Assembly (NCBI GenBank): GCA_038214755.1
Contig: JBBQRQ010000056.1
Coordinates: 1 to 32,509 of the forward strand
DNA length: 32,509 bases
Origin: Verrucomicrobiota bacterium
Lineage (GTDB): Bacteria; Verrucomicrobiota; Verrucomicrobiia; Limisphaerales; CANJXF01
Direction: 5' to 3'
Shown: one piece after another, positions 16,037 to 24,908 of the stretch
Numbering within the stretch: position 1 is the first letter of the stretch
How the letters are laid out: every line of letters starts with the position of its first letter
Made by a program: the position numbers and the translations under genes
The notes under the pieces: generated by a model
What the model was told of the DNA's origin: nothing
The model's input: the letters and a program-made list of their open reading frames with translations, nothing else
Databases searched by the model: none

Positions 16037-16855
16037 ATGATTGAGTTGATTCAATTTCCCTGGAGTCCGTTTTGCATCGTACAGCGCCGGATTTTGGAAT
16101 ACGGCAGAGTTCCATTTAAGATCACCAACATTCCCAACGGCGACCGTTCCCTCGTCTGGCGCGTCACCAAAGAACGTTACTATCACGTGCCGGTCATCCG
16201 GGATGGCAAAAATGTTATTTTTGAGACGGGCGAAAATTCGCAGGTCATCGCAAAATATTTGAACGAAAAATTTCAACTGGAATTATTTCCCCAAAAATGG
16301 CGCGGACCCCAGGCCATCCTCTGGCAGCACATCGAGAATGAAATCGAAGGGCCTTGCTTCAAGCTCAATGATATTTTTTGGCGGGAGTTTGTTCCAAAAT
16401 CCGATCAGCTTCGTTTTCTCCGTCACAAAGAACGGAAGTTTGGCCGGGGCTGCCTCGATCAGTGGCGCGAGCAGAAAAACGATTTGCTCGCTGAACTTTC
16501 TGAGAAATTAATTCCCTTTGAACAAATGCTTTTGCACAGGCCGTTTCTCCTTGAACCCGCCAGTAGCCGCCGACGTGAGGAGGCGGAAACTCGCGCGCCA
16601 AACCAAGTCCGCCTCCTCACGTCGGCGGCTACTGTCCCAAGGGTTCAAGACGCGAACGAATTTTCGGGGAATTCTCTCCTCGATCCCGAGCCATGCTTCG
16701 TTGATTTCGATTTGTTCGGGATGCTTTCCAATTTTCTTTATTCCGGCCATTACCAATTGCCCGCCGCCCACACCCAATTAAAAAAATGGTTCGAGCGCAT
16801 TTCCAAAAACAAACTGCCCATCGCAAAACTCACTCGTGAAAAATTACGTCCTTGA
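16037..16855 (+). CDS. Glutathione S-transferase family protein with a 43-aa repeat-derived insertion
   Basis: SPFC N-terminal motif, VPVIRDG, SQVIAKYL, C-terminal PFLL..P.FVDFDLFGML and LKKWFERI. Confidence 0.82.
   Translation: MIELIQFPWSPFCIVQRRILEYGRVPFKITNIPNGDRSLVWRVTKERYYHVPVIRDGKNVIFETGENSQVIAKYLNEKFQLELFPQKWRGPQAILWQHIENEIEGPCFKLNDIFWREFVPKSDQLRFLRHKERKFGRGCLDQWREQKNDLLAELSEKLIPFEQMLLHRPFLLEPASSRRREEAETRAPNQVRLLTSAATVPRVQDANEFSGNSLLDPEPCFVDFDLFGMLSNFLYSGHYQLPAAHTQLKKWFERISKNKLPIAKLTREKLRP
16546..16680. mobile_element. 129-bp MITE/REPIN-like element inserted in frame in the GST-like gene
   Basis: TCTCCT direct repeats at 16546-16551 and 16675-16680, outer inverted repeat cttgaaccc/gggttcaag, and a perfect 27-bp stem 16561-16587/16608-16634. 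Confidence 0.85.
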
Positions 16856-18134
16856 TACCAATGTCATCCTGCACGACCCAAACTCGCTGCTGAATTTCAA
16901 AAACAATTGCGTCCTCATTCCCATCGAGGTCATCGAAGAGATCGACCGCTTCAAGCGCGAATCTTCTGAACTTGGTCAGAACGCGCGGACTTTTTCCCGC
17001 ACGCTGGACGCGCTGCGCAAGAACGGCCATTTGAACGACGGAGTGAAACTCGCCAACGGCGGGAAACTGCGCGTGGTGTTTCACGAGAATAACGGGCACG
17101 TTGTTTTCGGAAATAAAACAGTGGACAGCCGCATCGTCGCGATCGCATTGGAAGTGCAAAAAGCCAATCCAAAAGCACCGACCATTCTCATTTCAAAAGA
17201 CATTAATCTTCGCATCAAAGCCGACGCGCTGGGACTGGAAGCGGAGGATTACGAAAGCGACCGCGTCTTCCTGACCGACCTTTATACGGGCATGATCGAG
17301 CAAACGATCAGCGCCGAAAAAATGGCGAAGTTTCGCACTGAAGGTGAACTCGAACTCAATGGCGGGAAATATTTTCCAAACGAATATTGCACCTTGACCG
17401 AAGAAACAAATACGAAGCGCCCTGCTCTGGCGAAAGTCGATTCCACCGGCACGAAACTCATTCCCATCCTCGATTGCCGCGAAGGCGTTTGGGGAATCAA
17501 GCCACGAAATAAAGAACAACATTTTGCTTTCGATGCGCTGCTCGATGATCGCGTCAAGCTCGTCACGCTCATGGGAAAAGCAGGCACTGGAAAAACTTTG
17601 ATGGCGATGGCCGCGGGTTTGAAACGCGTCGTGCTCGATCGGGAATTTCGCCGGCTCGTCGTGGCGCGTCCCACCATTTCAGTTGGGAAAGAGTTGGGAT
17701 TTTTGCCCGGTTCGCTTGAAGAAAAATTGGCGCCGTGGATGCAACCGATTCACGACGCGTTGGAAATGTTGAGCGATTTAAACATGGGCAACGAACATCG
17801 CCGCACCAACGACCTGATGCGCTCCGGCAGCATTGTCGTCGAGGCGTTGAGTTACATTCGTGGACGCAGCATCGCCAACCAATTCATGGTGATCGACGAA
17901 GCGCAAAACCTGACGCCGCTCGAAGTCAAAACCATCATCACGCGAGTCGGCGCCGGGACGAAAATAATTTTCACGGGCGATCCGTATCAAATCGACAATC
18001 CGTACGTCGATTCGTCCTCCAATGGATTCAATTTCATCATCAGTAAATTCCGCTCGCACGCCATCGCCGCGCACATCGAGTTGCAAAAAGGTGAGCGCTC
18101 GGAGCTGGCGGAGTTGGCTGCGGATATTTTGTAA
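16836..18134 (+). CDS. PIN-domain PhoH family ATPase (PhoH2/YlaK-like)
   Basis: YVLDTNVILHDP, EEIDRFK and SKDINLRIKA (PIN); GKAGTGKT, GFLPG, YIRGRS, IDEAQN and GDPYQID (PhoH). Confidence 0.94.
   Translation: MKNYVLDTNVILHDPNSLLNFKNNCVLIPIEVIEEIDRFKRESSELGQNARTFSRTLDALRKNGHLNDGVKLANGGKLRVVFHENNGHVVFGNKTVDSRIVAIALEVQKANPKAPTILISKDINLRIKADALGLEAEDYESDRVFLTDLYTGMIEQTISAEKMAKFRTEGELELNGGKYFPNEYCTLTEETNTKRPALAKVDSTGTKLIPILDCREGVWGIKPRNKEQHFAFDALLDDRVKLVTLMGKAGTGKTLMAMAAGLKRVVLDREFRRLVVARPTISVGKELGFLPGSLEEKLAPWMQPIHDALEMLSDLNMGNEHRRTNDLMRSGSIVVEALSYIRGRSIANQFMVIDEAQNLTPLEVKTIITRVGAGTKIIFTGDPYQIDNPYVDSSSNGFNFIISKFRSHAIAAHIELQKGERSELAELAADIL
18063..18134 (+). repeat. Direct repeat copy 1 (last 72 nt of the phoH-like gene)
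   Basis: 64/72 nt identical to 18873-18944 by hand alignment. Confidence 0.92.
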
Positions 18135-18199
18135 CTCAATCGAACACAAATCCTCGTGTCTGTTTCAGTGAATCCCTTCAATTCTATTGCTATCGCCGG

Positions 18200-18643
18200 A
18201 TGTCCATCCCCGACTTAAACGAGAACGGCTTTTTGCCTCCAGGCGTTCATCTCTGCACGTTGGAGGAAATGAGCCGCCGCTTCGGTTCGTTTCGTCGCAG
18301 CGACCGACGGCCAAGATTATTGGCTCGCCTCCTGGAGTTAATTCGTGAAGTCCAGCGCAGTCGTTTCTTTATCGCGGTTATCATTGATGGCAGTTTTGTC
18401 ACCGACGAGCCGACACCAAATGACATTGATCTCATTCTAATTGTCCATGAAAACCAAGATCACACTGCGGACGTGTCGGTTGCGGATTACGCGCTCATGG
18501 ATCGCAGCGCGGGGCGGCGATTGGGATTCGACCTTCTTGTTGCCCGCGAAGGCAGTTTGGAGTATCGGGAATACGTCGGGTTCTTCGCGCAGGTGCGCAA
18601 TGACCGACGCCAAACCAAAGGCATGTTGCGAATCAACCTATGA
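18200..18643 (+). CDS. Pol-beta-type nucleotidyltransferase-like protein (DUF6932-like), putative toxin-antitoxin component
   Basis: IPDLNENGFLPPGVH N-terminus and IIDGSFVT...PNDIDL (GS + DxD) motif. Confidence 0.75.
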   Translation: MSIPDLNENGFLPPGVHLCTLEEMSRRFGSFRRSDRRPRLLARLLELIREVQRSRFFIAVIIDGSFVTDEPTPNDIDLILIVHENQDHTADVSVADYALMDRSAGRRLGFDLLVAREGSLEYREYVGFFAQVRNDRRQTKGMLRINL

Positions 18644-18837
18644 GTAAAGAACAGGAAATTTTGGTGCAAACCATCGAGCAGCTGGAACGCATGAATCGCG
18701 TGCTCGCCCATCTTCGTCAAGACGTGCTGCCACAAAATCCGAAACTTTTCAAAATAATGATTGAGGGTCCGCTCGATGAAATCTCCCGGCTGAAAGACCA
18801 AATCGAAATGCAAAGTCGCGCACTCGTGTCGGCATAA
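18640..18837 (+). CDS. Small helical protein, putative partner/antitoxin of the upstream gene
   Basis: ATGA overlap with the upstream gene; 65 aa with two amphipathic helices separated by PQNP. Confidence 0.7.
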   Translation: MSKEQEILVQTIEQLERMNRVLAHLRQDVLPQNPKLFKIMIEGPLDEISRLKDQIEMQSRALVSA

Positions 18838-18944
18838 TGGCGCAGAGCGGCGCGACAATTTTGGCAGCGTTCGTCGCTGCGCAAATCGATTTGCAAAAAG
18901 GTGAACGCTCGGAGTTGGCGGAGTTGGCGGCTGATATTTTGTAA
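18837..18944 (+). other. 35-codon mini-ORF containing direct repeat copy 2 (duplicated phoH 3' end, 18873-18944)
   Basis: MAQSGATILAAFVAAQIDLQKGERSELAELAADIL*; TAATG overlaps at both ends (18835-18839 and 18942-18946). Confidence 0.7.
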
Positions 18945-20629
18945 TGAAACTTACATCCTCGATTCGGTTTCTGTTTTTTTTCCTTTTACTTTTCTCGCTC
19001 TGTTCTCTTCGTGCTGATTTTGCTGCGGGCCAGCTGGGGGTTGTCGCCAGTGTAAACGAGATCGCCACGCGCGCCGGAATCGATGCGATGAAAAATGGCG
19101 GCAACGCGGTGGACGCCGCCGTCGCCAGTGCGCTCACTCTCGGCGTGGTGGACGGTTACAATTCTGGAATCGGCGGCGGTTGTTTCATGTTGATCCGTCG
19201 GGCCAATGGAAAATTTCTCGCCATCGACGGACGCGAAATGGCCCCCGCCGCCGCGACGCGCGACATGTTTCTGCGCGATGGAAAAGCCGACCCAGACTTG
19301 AGTCAACTGGGTGCGTTGGCCAGCGGTACTCCCGGTTCCCTCGCCGTTTACGACGCTGCGATTCGGCGCGCCGGAAAATTATCTTTGCGCCAACATCTGC
19401 TGAACGCAGCGAAAATTGCGGAGGAAGGTTTTGCCCTCAATCGCGGCTACGCCACCACCCTCCGACAGATGGCGGCGGACCTCTCGAAATTTGAAAGTTC
19501 GCGGACCAATTTTCTCAAGGATGGAAAACCGTTGGCAACGGGAGAAATTTTAAAACAGCCCGACCTCGCAAAAACTTATCGCGAAATCGCCACGAATGGA
19601 ATCGGCTGGTTTTACGGTGGGCCGTTCGCCGAGGCGACGGAACGATGGATGAAGAAAAATGACGGCATCATGACCGCCGACGATTTCAAAAATTATCGCG
19701 TGGAATTTCGCGAGCCGATTTTTACGAAATATCGCGGCCACAAAATCGTCAGCTTTCCACCGCCCAGTTCCGGCGGAGTTCACGTCGCGCAAATTTTAAA
19801 TATCCTGGATCAATACAATTTGAAAAAGTGGAAATCAAATTCGCCGGAGATGATACACGTCGTAGCCGAAGCGATGAAACTCGCTTTTGCCGACCGCGTG
19901 TTTTGGCTTGGAGATCCGGCTTTCGCAGAAGTTCCTCGCGGCCTGGTCGGCGAAAAATACGCAAAAAGTTTGGCGCGCAAAATTGATTTGAACCATGCAT
20001 CGACCGCTGAACATGGCATGCCGGAAAATTCTACTACCGACATTTTTGGAAAACACACTACCCATTTTTCGACTGCGGATGCGGAGGGAAATTGGGTCGC
20101 TTGCACCGCGACGGTGAACACGAGTTTCGGTTCCAAAGTGGTCGTGCCGGGGACGGGCGTGGTGTTAAACAATCAGATGGATGATTTTTCCGCGCAACCC
20201 GGCGTCCCGAATTTCTTTGGACTCGTCGGCGCGGAAGCCAACGCCGTCGCGCCGGGAAAGCGGCCATTGTCCAGCATGAGTCCCACGATTGTTTTAAAAA
20301 ATGGAAAACCAATTCTCGCCGTGGGCGCGGCGGGCGGCCCGACCATCATCAGTCAAACCGTGCTCACGATTATCAATTTTCTGGATTACAAAATGTCGCT
20401 CGACCAGGCCATCGCGACTCCGCGTTTTCATCATCAATGGAGTCCCGACGAATTGAAAATCGAGAACACGATTGACTCGACCCTTGTTCCCGAGTTGGAA
20501 AAACGAGGTCACAAAATAAAAAAAACGGAATCGATGGGCGTCTGCCAGGCCGTGGCAAAGAATCCAAAGGGGAAAGGTTTTGTCGCGGGGTCAGACCCGC
20601 GCGTTTCTGGAAAAGCCGGCGCATGGTGA
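18944..20629 (+). CDS. ggt: Gamma-glutamyltransferase
   Basis: Signal peptide, GGNAVDAAVA, SGIGGGCFM, IDGREMAP, PPPSSGG, HTTHFS (catalytic Thr), LNNQMDDF, PGKRPLSSMSPT and SDPR. Confidence 0.96.
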   Translation: MKLTSSIRFLFFFLLLFSLCSLRADFAAGQLGVVASVNEIATRAGIDAMKNGGNAVDAAVASALTLGVVDGYNSGIGGGCFMLIRRANGKFLAIDGREMAPAAATRDMFLRDGKADPDLSQLGALASGTPGSLAVYDAAIRRAGKLSLRQHLLNAAKIAEEGFALNRGYATTLRQMAADLSKFESSRTNFLKDGKPLATGEILKQPDLAKTYREIATNGIGWFYGGPFAEATERWMKKNDGIMTADDFKNYRVEFREPIFTKYRGHKIVSFPPPSSGGVHVAQILNILDQYNLKKWKSNSPEMIHVVAEAMKLAFADRVFWLGDPAFAEVPRGLVGEKYAKSLARKIDLNHASTAEHGMPENSTTDIFGKHTTHFSTADAEGNWVACTATVNTSFGSKVVVPGTGVVLNNQMDDFSAQPGVPNFFGLVGAEANAVAPGKRPLSSMSPTIVLKNGKPILAVGAAGGPTIISQTVLTIINFLDYKMSLDQAIATPRFHHQWSPDELKIENTIDSTLVPELEKRGHKIKKTESMGVCQAVAKNPKGKGFVAGSDPRVSGKAGAW

Positions 20630-20649
20630 AAAATTCCACGAGGCGGAGT

Positions 20650-20774
20650 GCATCTTGAGAGCGTGTTGCCAAAAGGGAAAGGAGCGCGGACAGCCTTGTC
20701 CGCGCGAATCCCCATGGAGAAACGTTTGGGTTTTTGTCTGTCTCGAAACTCGCGGACAAGGCTGTCCGCGCTCC
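20650..20774. repeat. REP doublet family C with the left flank of the composite element
   Basis: ggagcgcggacagccttgtccgcg (20681) ... cgcggacaaggctgtccgcgctcc; the flank gcatcttgagagcgtgttgccaaaagggaaa matches 22874 onward. Confidence 0.9.
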
Positions 20775-20858
20775 CCGTAATTATTTGTTTGCCTGACCCG
20801 AAATTGCGCCTAAAGTTTTTGCGAAATCAGTCAACCAACTACCCCAAAAAAAGTTCTT

Positions 20859-21212
20859 ATGGCCGCTAAATTATTCGTCGGTAATCTCACCTTCACCGCC
20901 ACAGAAAACGATTTGCAGGATCATTTTTCGCAGGCGGGAACGGTCGTCTCAGTCAATGTTATGCAAGATCGAACCACCGGGCGTTCGCGCGGTTTTGCCT
21001 TCATTGAAATGGCCACGAAAGAAGAGGCGGAAAAAGCAATTTCCATGTTTCACGAAAAAGATTTTCAAGGACGTCCGCTGACGGTCAACGAAGCTCGCCC
21101 CCGCGAAGAGCGGCCTCCGGGCGGCGGCGGTGGTGGTTATCGTGGGGGTGGCGGCGGTGGCAGGGATGACCGTCGTGGCGGTGGTGGGGGCGGTTATCGG
21201 GACCGACGATAA
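20859..21212 (+). CDS. RRM RNA-binding protein with Gly/Arg-rich tail
   Basis: LFVGNL (RNP2), RGFAFIEM (RNP1), VNEARPREER and GGGGYR repeats. Confidence 0.95.
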   Translation: MAAKLFVGNLTFTATENDLQDHFSQAGTVVSVNVMQDRTTGRSRGFAFIEMATKEEAEKAISMFHEKDFQGRPLTVNEARPREERPPGGGGGGYRGGGGGGRDDRRGGGGGGYRDRR

Positions 21213-21233
21213 TTTTTGAGAAAAAATTTTGCG

Positions 21234-21264
21234 AAAAAGCCGCTGAGAAATCAGCGGTTTTTTT
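21234..21264 (+). terminator. Rho-independent terminator, probably bidirectional
   Basis: aaaaagccgctga-gaaa-tcagcggttttttt between convergent genes. Confidence 0.85.
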
Positions 21265-21269
21265 TATTC

Positions 21270-21373
21270 TGAGGATAGTCCCGCGCTTGGGACGTTCGAC
21301 GTCTCGGGAAATGCTTTTGGGGGGATGATTCCGGCGTGATGAGCGAACTGGGTAGGCGAGACGCCTGCCCTCC
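21270..21373. repeat. Degenerate GGAG-type REP doublet
   Basis: The right arm ggtaggcgagacgcctgccctcc is GGAG plus hairpin on the minus strand; the left arm ggaggatagtcccgcgcttgggac is diverged. Confidence 0.55.
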
Positions 21374-21374
21374 T

Positions 21375-22751
21375 CTATTCTACAAATTTTCCAGGGTTCA
21401 AGATATTCTTCGGATCAAGGGCGTGCTTGACGGTGCGATGCAGCGCGCGAGTTTTGTCCGAAACGGCCAGCGGCCACCAACGTTTTTTCGCCAGACCGAT
21501 TCCATGTTCGCCAGTGATGACGCCATTCCACGCGAGAACTTGTTGGAAAAGCTCGTCCAAAACTTTTTCGCTGCGCTCGACGATGTTGGGCAGTTTATCG
21601 TCATACATCACGTTGCAATGAATATTTCCATCACCGGCGTGACCGAAACAGGCCAGCGCGAGGCCGTGTTTTTTTTGCAGAGCGGCGGTAAAGCGGAACA
21701 AATCCTCAACGCGACTGCGCGGCACGACGATGTCCTCATTTAATTTAACCAGCCCGGTGTCGCGCAGTGAAAATGAAAATTCACGGCGCAATTGCCAAAG
21801 GAGTTCAGTCTCTGCGCAGCCCAAAGCGCGTTGAATAAAAACCGGCCCCTGTTGCAGAACAATTTTCTCCAGATCGCGAATTTCATCCCGACACGATTTT
21901 TCCTGTCCGTCCAATTCCACGATGATCAAGGCGTGGCAGCCGTCGAGGCGTTTGCTGCCCGTTCGTTTTCGCGTCGCGGCCAAGGTGAAATCATCGGCCA
22001 CTTCCAAAGCGCACGGCAAAAATCCGGCTCGAAAAATTTCCCGGATGGTTTTCACGGCGGGTTTCATCGAATCGAATCCAACCGCCAAACAGACGCGGAA
22101 TGGCGGAAGAGGCAAAAGTTTCAAAGTCGCTTCCGTGACGACGCCGAGCAAACCTTCCGAGCCGACAAAAAATCGCGTGAAATCAAATCCTGTTTTATTT
22201 TTGTGCGTGCGACTGCCAACGCGCACGATGATTCCATCCGCCAGCACTACTTCGAGGCCCAGAACGTAATCGCGGGTCACACCATATTTCAAACAGCGCG
22301 GCCCGCCCGCGTTCGTTGCGATATTTCCGCCGATACTGCAATCCGCCCGACTCGCCGGATCGGGCGGATAATAAAGTTTTTTGCGTTCGACCGCCTCCTG
22401 CAAAGTTTTTGTGATGACTCCTGGTTCCACCACCGCGACGAAATCTCCGGAATGAATTTCTTTAATTTTGTTCATTCGTTCCAGCGACAAAACAATTCCG
22501 CCACGAATGGGCACACAGCCGCCGACGTAACCAAATCCCGCGCCGCGAGGCGTGACTGGAATTTTATTTTGATTGGCGAATTTTAAAAGAGTCGCGACCG
22601 ATTTTGTGCTGCGAGGCAGAGCGACGGCGTCGGGGAGATGGGAAACGAGCCATTTATCGCCGGAATATTTTTCGCGAAGCTTCACCGCGAAACCAAGTTC
22701 GTCTGGAGGGAGGATCCTTTTTAGTGCGGCAAGAATTTTGGCGTCTTTCAC
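21375..22751 (-). CDS. FAD-linked oxidase, GlcD/D-lactate dehydrogenase family
   Basis: PRGAGFGYVGG, YPPDPAS, GGNIATNAGG..CLKYG.TRDYVLGLEVV, GSEGLLGVVTE, FGHAGDGNIH, GEHGIG and DPKNILNPGK. Confidence 0.92.
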   Translation of the reverse strand: MKDAKILAALKRILPPDELGFAVKLREKYSGDKWLVSHLPDAVALPRSTKSVATLLKFANQNKIPVTPRGAGFGYVGGCVPIRGGIVLSLERMNKIKEIHSGDFVAVVEPGVITKTLQEAVERKKLYYPPDPASRADCSIGGNIATNAGGPRCLKYGVTRDYVLGLEVVLADGIIVRVGSRTHKNKTGFDFTRFFVGSEGLLGVVTEATLKLLPLPPFRVCLAVGFDSMKPAVKTIREIFRAGFLPCALEVADDFTLAATRKRTGSKRLDGCHALIIVELDGQEKSCRDEIRDLEKIVLQQGPVFIQRALGCAETELLWQLRREFSFSLRDTGLVKLNEDIVVPRSRVEDLFRFTAALQKKHGLALACFGHAGDGNIHCNVMYDDKLPNIVERSEKVLDELFQQVLAWNGVITGEHGIGLAKKRWWPLAVSDKTRALHRTVKHALDPKNILNPGKFVE

Positions 22752-22869
22752 GAATCAGATTGGGCTGAAATTTTTCTATTGGCACCGTGCTTTAACGCGG
22801 GGGGAAAATCACGATAAAATATTGAAAACCATTTTAGATGCGAGACACATTGTTCAGCCGGAAACCCAA

Positions 22870-23034
22870 GGGCGCATCTTGAGGGGGTGTTGCCCAAATG
22901 GAAAGGAGCGCGGACAGCTATGTCCGCGGGAATCAGCAGGGTGAAAAAGCTTGGGATTTTGTTCATTTCGAAACGCGCGGACAAGGCTGTCCGCGCTCCA
23001 CTTGGTTTGGGCAACACGCCCTCCAGATGCGCCC
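22870..23034. mobile_element. Composite MITE-like element: outer inverted repeats of about 29 bp enclosing a family-C REP doublet
   Basis: gggcgcatcttgagggggtgttgcccaaa ... tttgggcaacacgccctccagatgcgccc, with inner ggagcgcggacagc...gctgtccgcgctcc. Confidence 0.85.
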
Positions 23035-23095
23035 AAACCCAAAAGTCAGGACGATAATCGTCAATCCCCCTTTCGATTCTCGGAAAGAGGTGGCG

Positions 23096-23172
23096 ACGGA
23101 ACGCCGATCTCCAGATCGGCATCGGAAGCGCTCCATATTTTCCGTGAGCCGATCAGGAGATCGGCGTTCCGT
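23096..23172. repeat. REP-like doublet family D
   Basis: acggaacgccgatctccagatcggc ... gccgatcaggagatcggcgttccgt. Confidence 0.88.
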
Positions 23173-23325
23173 TAATTTTGCAGAAATGGAAATACGCCCC
23201 CCTCTGAAACCGAGCACATTTCCACGTTGAACCTGGAAAGGATTTAGGGATAATCGATGAACGGATCGAAGCCGACTTTGTCTGTTAAAAATAACGCGAT
23301 CATCCTCGAACCTGGAATTAATAAT

Positions 23326-23739
23326 ATGAGACTCAGACTTATCCCTTTTCTTTTGGCGGCGCTTTTCACCATTTCACGCGGATGGAGCGACGAGAAACCT
23401 CCCGGCGCTGCTGCCGTGACAATAGTGAAACGCGTCGAGGTGGAGGAATTCGATAAGTTGCGCGCCAACACGAACAACGTGCTGCTGGACGTGCGCAGTG
23501 CGGCTGAGTTTGAAAAAGGCAGAATTCCCGGAGCCATTAACATCGATATCAATTCGAGCAAGTTCGTCGAAAAAGTTTCCGCTCTGGATAAAAATAAAAC
23601 TTATCTGGTCAATTGCGCCGTCGGCATGCGGAGCGCCAAAGCCTGCAAGAAAATGGAGACGATGGGTTTTAAAAATCTTTACGATCTGGGAGCGGGATTC
23701 GACGGCTGGCAAAAAGCCGGCAAGCCGATCGAAAAATAA
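23326..23739 (+). CDS. Exported rhodanese-like domain protein
   Basis: Signal peptide, LLDVRSAAEF.KGRIPGAINI, CAVGMRS active loop and GFDGW. Confidence 0.9.
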   Translation: MRLRLIPFLLAALFTISRGWSDEKPPGAAAVTIVKRVEVEEFDKLRANTNNVLLDVRSAAEFEKGRIPGAINIDINSSKFVEKVSALDKNKTYLVNCAVGMRSAKACKKMETMGFKNLYDLGAGFDGWQKAGKPIEK

Positions 23740-23894
23740 CTTTGAGATTGGCTAGTGGCGCGGAGTCGCCCCGAAATGACAAGAGCGGTCAACGCCGCCC
23801 GCATTTCCAATTAAAACCGCCCAAAAGTCCTAGCCAAAAATTGAAAAGCTGCCAACGATAAAGCCATGTCACCGACGAATTGCTTTTCTGCCCA

Positions 23895-24866
23895 ATGATT
23901 ACACGACTCGCCACCGCTTTTATTTTTTCTCTGACTTTTTTCGCGCTCAATTTCGCTGGGAATATTTCTTTGGCAGCGCCCGATCAATCTGTCCAAATCG
24001 CGCAACTGACTAATCGACTGCGCGTCACCATCGGCGGCCAACTTTTTACGGAATATTTTTTCAAGGACGTTCCAAAACCTTATTTATATCCCATTATCGG
24101 GCCGGGCGAGAGCCGGATGACGCGCGATTATCCGATGAAAGAAACAGAAAATGAGGAGCACGACCATCCGCATCATCGCTCGCTCTGGTATGCGCACGGC
24201 GACATCAACGGCCAAGATTTTTGGACGGAGCGCGGCAACGCGGGAAAAACAGTTCACGAAAAATTTGTCGAAATTAAGTCTGGAAAAACCGGCGTCATTC
24301 ACTCGCAAAATAAATGGGTCGCACACGATGGGACGGTGACGATGACCGATGATCGGACGATTCGTTTTTCCGGGAATGCGCAACGCCAGATTATTGATTA
24401 CGACATTACGCTTCACGCCTCAAACGGGGAAGTTAAACTCGGCGACACCAAAGAAGGAACGATGGCGATTCGTGTCGCGGAAACGATGCGACTTTCTCTC
24501 GGCAAAGACAAACCAGGAAAAGGTCATATCGTCAACAGCGAGGGCATTCGCGATGGAGAAACCTGGGGCAAACGCGCGAAGTGGTGTGATTATTACGGCC
24601 CGGTGAATGGAAAAATTGTCGGCGTCGCCATGTTCGATCATCCGAAAAATCCGCAGTATCCAACCTGGTGGCACGTGCGCGATTACGGATTGTTCGCCGC
24701 CAATCCGTACGGCTTGCATGACTTTGAAAAGAAGGCAAAAGGCGCGGGAGATTTCGTCATACCCGCTGGAAAAAGCGCGACGTATCGTTACCGTTTTATT
24801 TTTCACGAAGGCGACGAAAAACAGGCGGGCATCGCGGATCTTTTCAAAAAATATGCAAGCGAATGA
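23895..24866 (+). CDS. Exported PmoA-like (DUF6807) beta-sandwich protein
   Basis: Signal peptide, KPYLYP, DHPHHRSLW, GDTKEG, DHPKNP and WHVRDYGLFAANP. Confidence 0.8.
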   Translation: MITRLATAFIFSLTFFALNFAGNISLAAPDQSVQIAQLTNRLRVTIGGQLFTEYFFKDVPKPYLYPIIGPGESRMTRDYPMKETENEEHDHPHHRSLWYAHGDINGQDFWTERGNAGKTVHEKFVEIKSGKTGVIHSQNKWVAHDGTVTMTDDRTIRFSGNAQRQIIDYDITLHASNGEVKLGDTKEGTMAIRVAETMRLSLGKDKPGKGHIVNSEGIRDGETWGKRAKWCDYYGPVNGKIVGVAMFDHPKNPQYPTWWHVRDYGLFAANPYGLHDFEKKAKGAGDFVIPAGKSATYRYRFIFHEGDEKQAGIADLFKKYASE

Positions 24867-24908
24867 CAGCGCAGAATTTAACCATTTAGTTTTTCCCAAT
24901 CCAAAATT

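Noticed and set aside
22748..23230. Several 60-125 aa ORFs here, and similar ones at 20373-20869 and 31185-31431
   Set aside because: They are translations of palindromic repeat elements (GARTALSA, PHPSPL) on both strands.
23895..24866. Particulate methane monooxygenase subunit
   Set aside because: The family name is misleading. The protein is soluble and exported, and no pmoB/pmoC genes are present.
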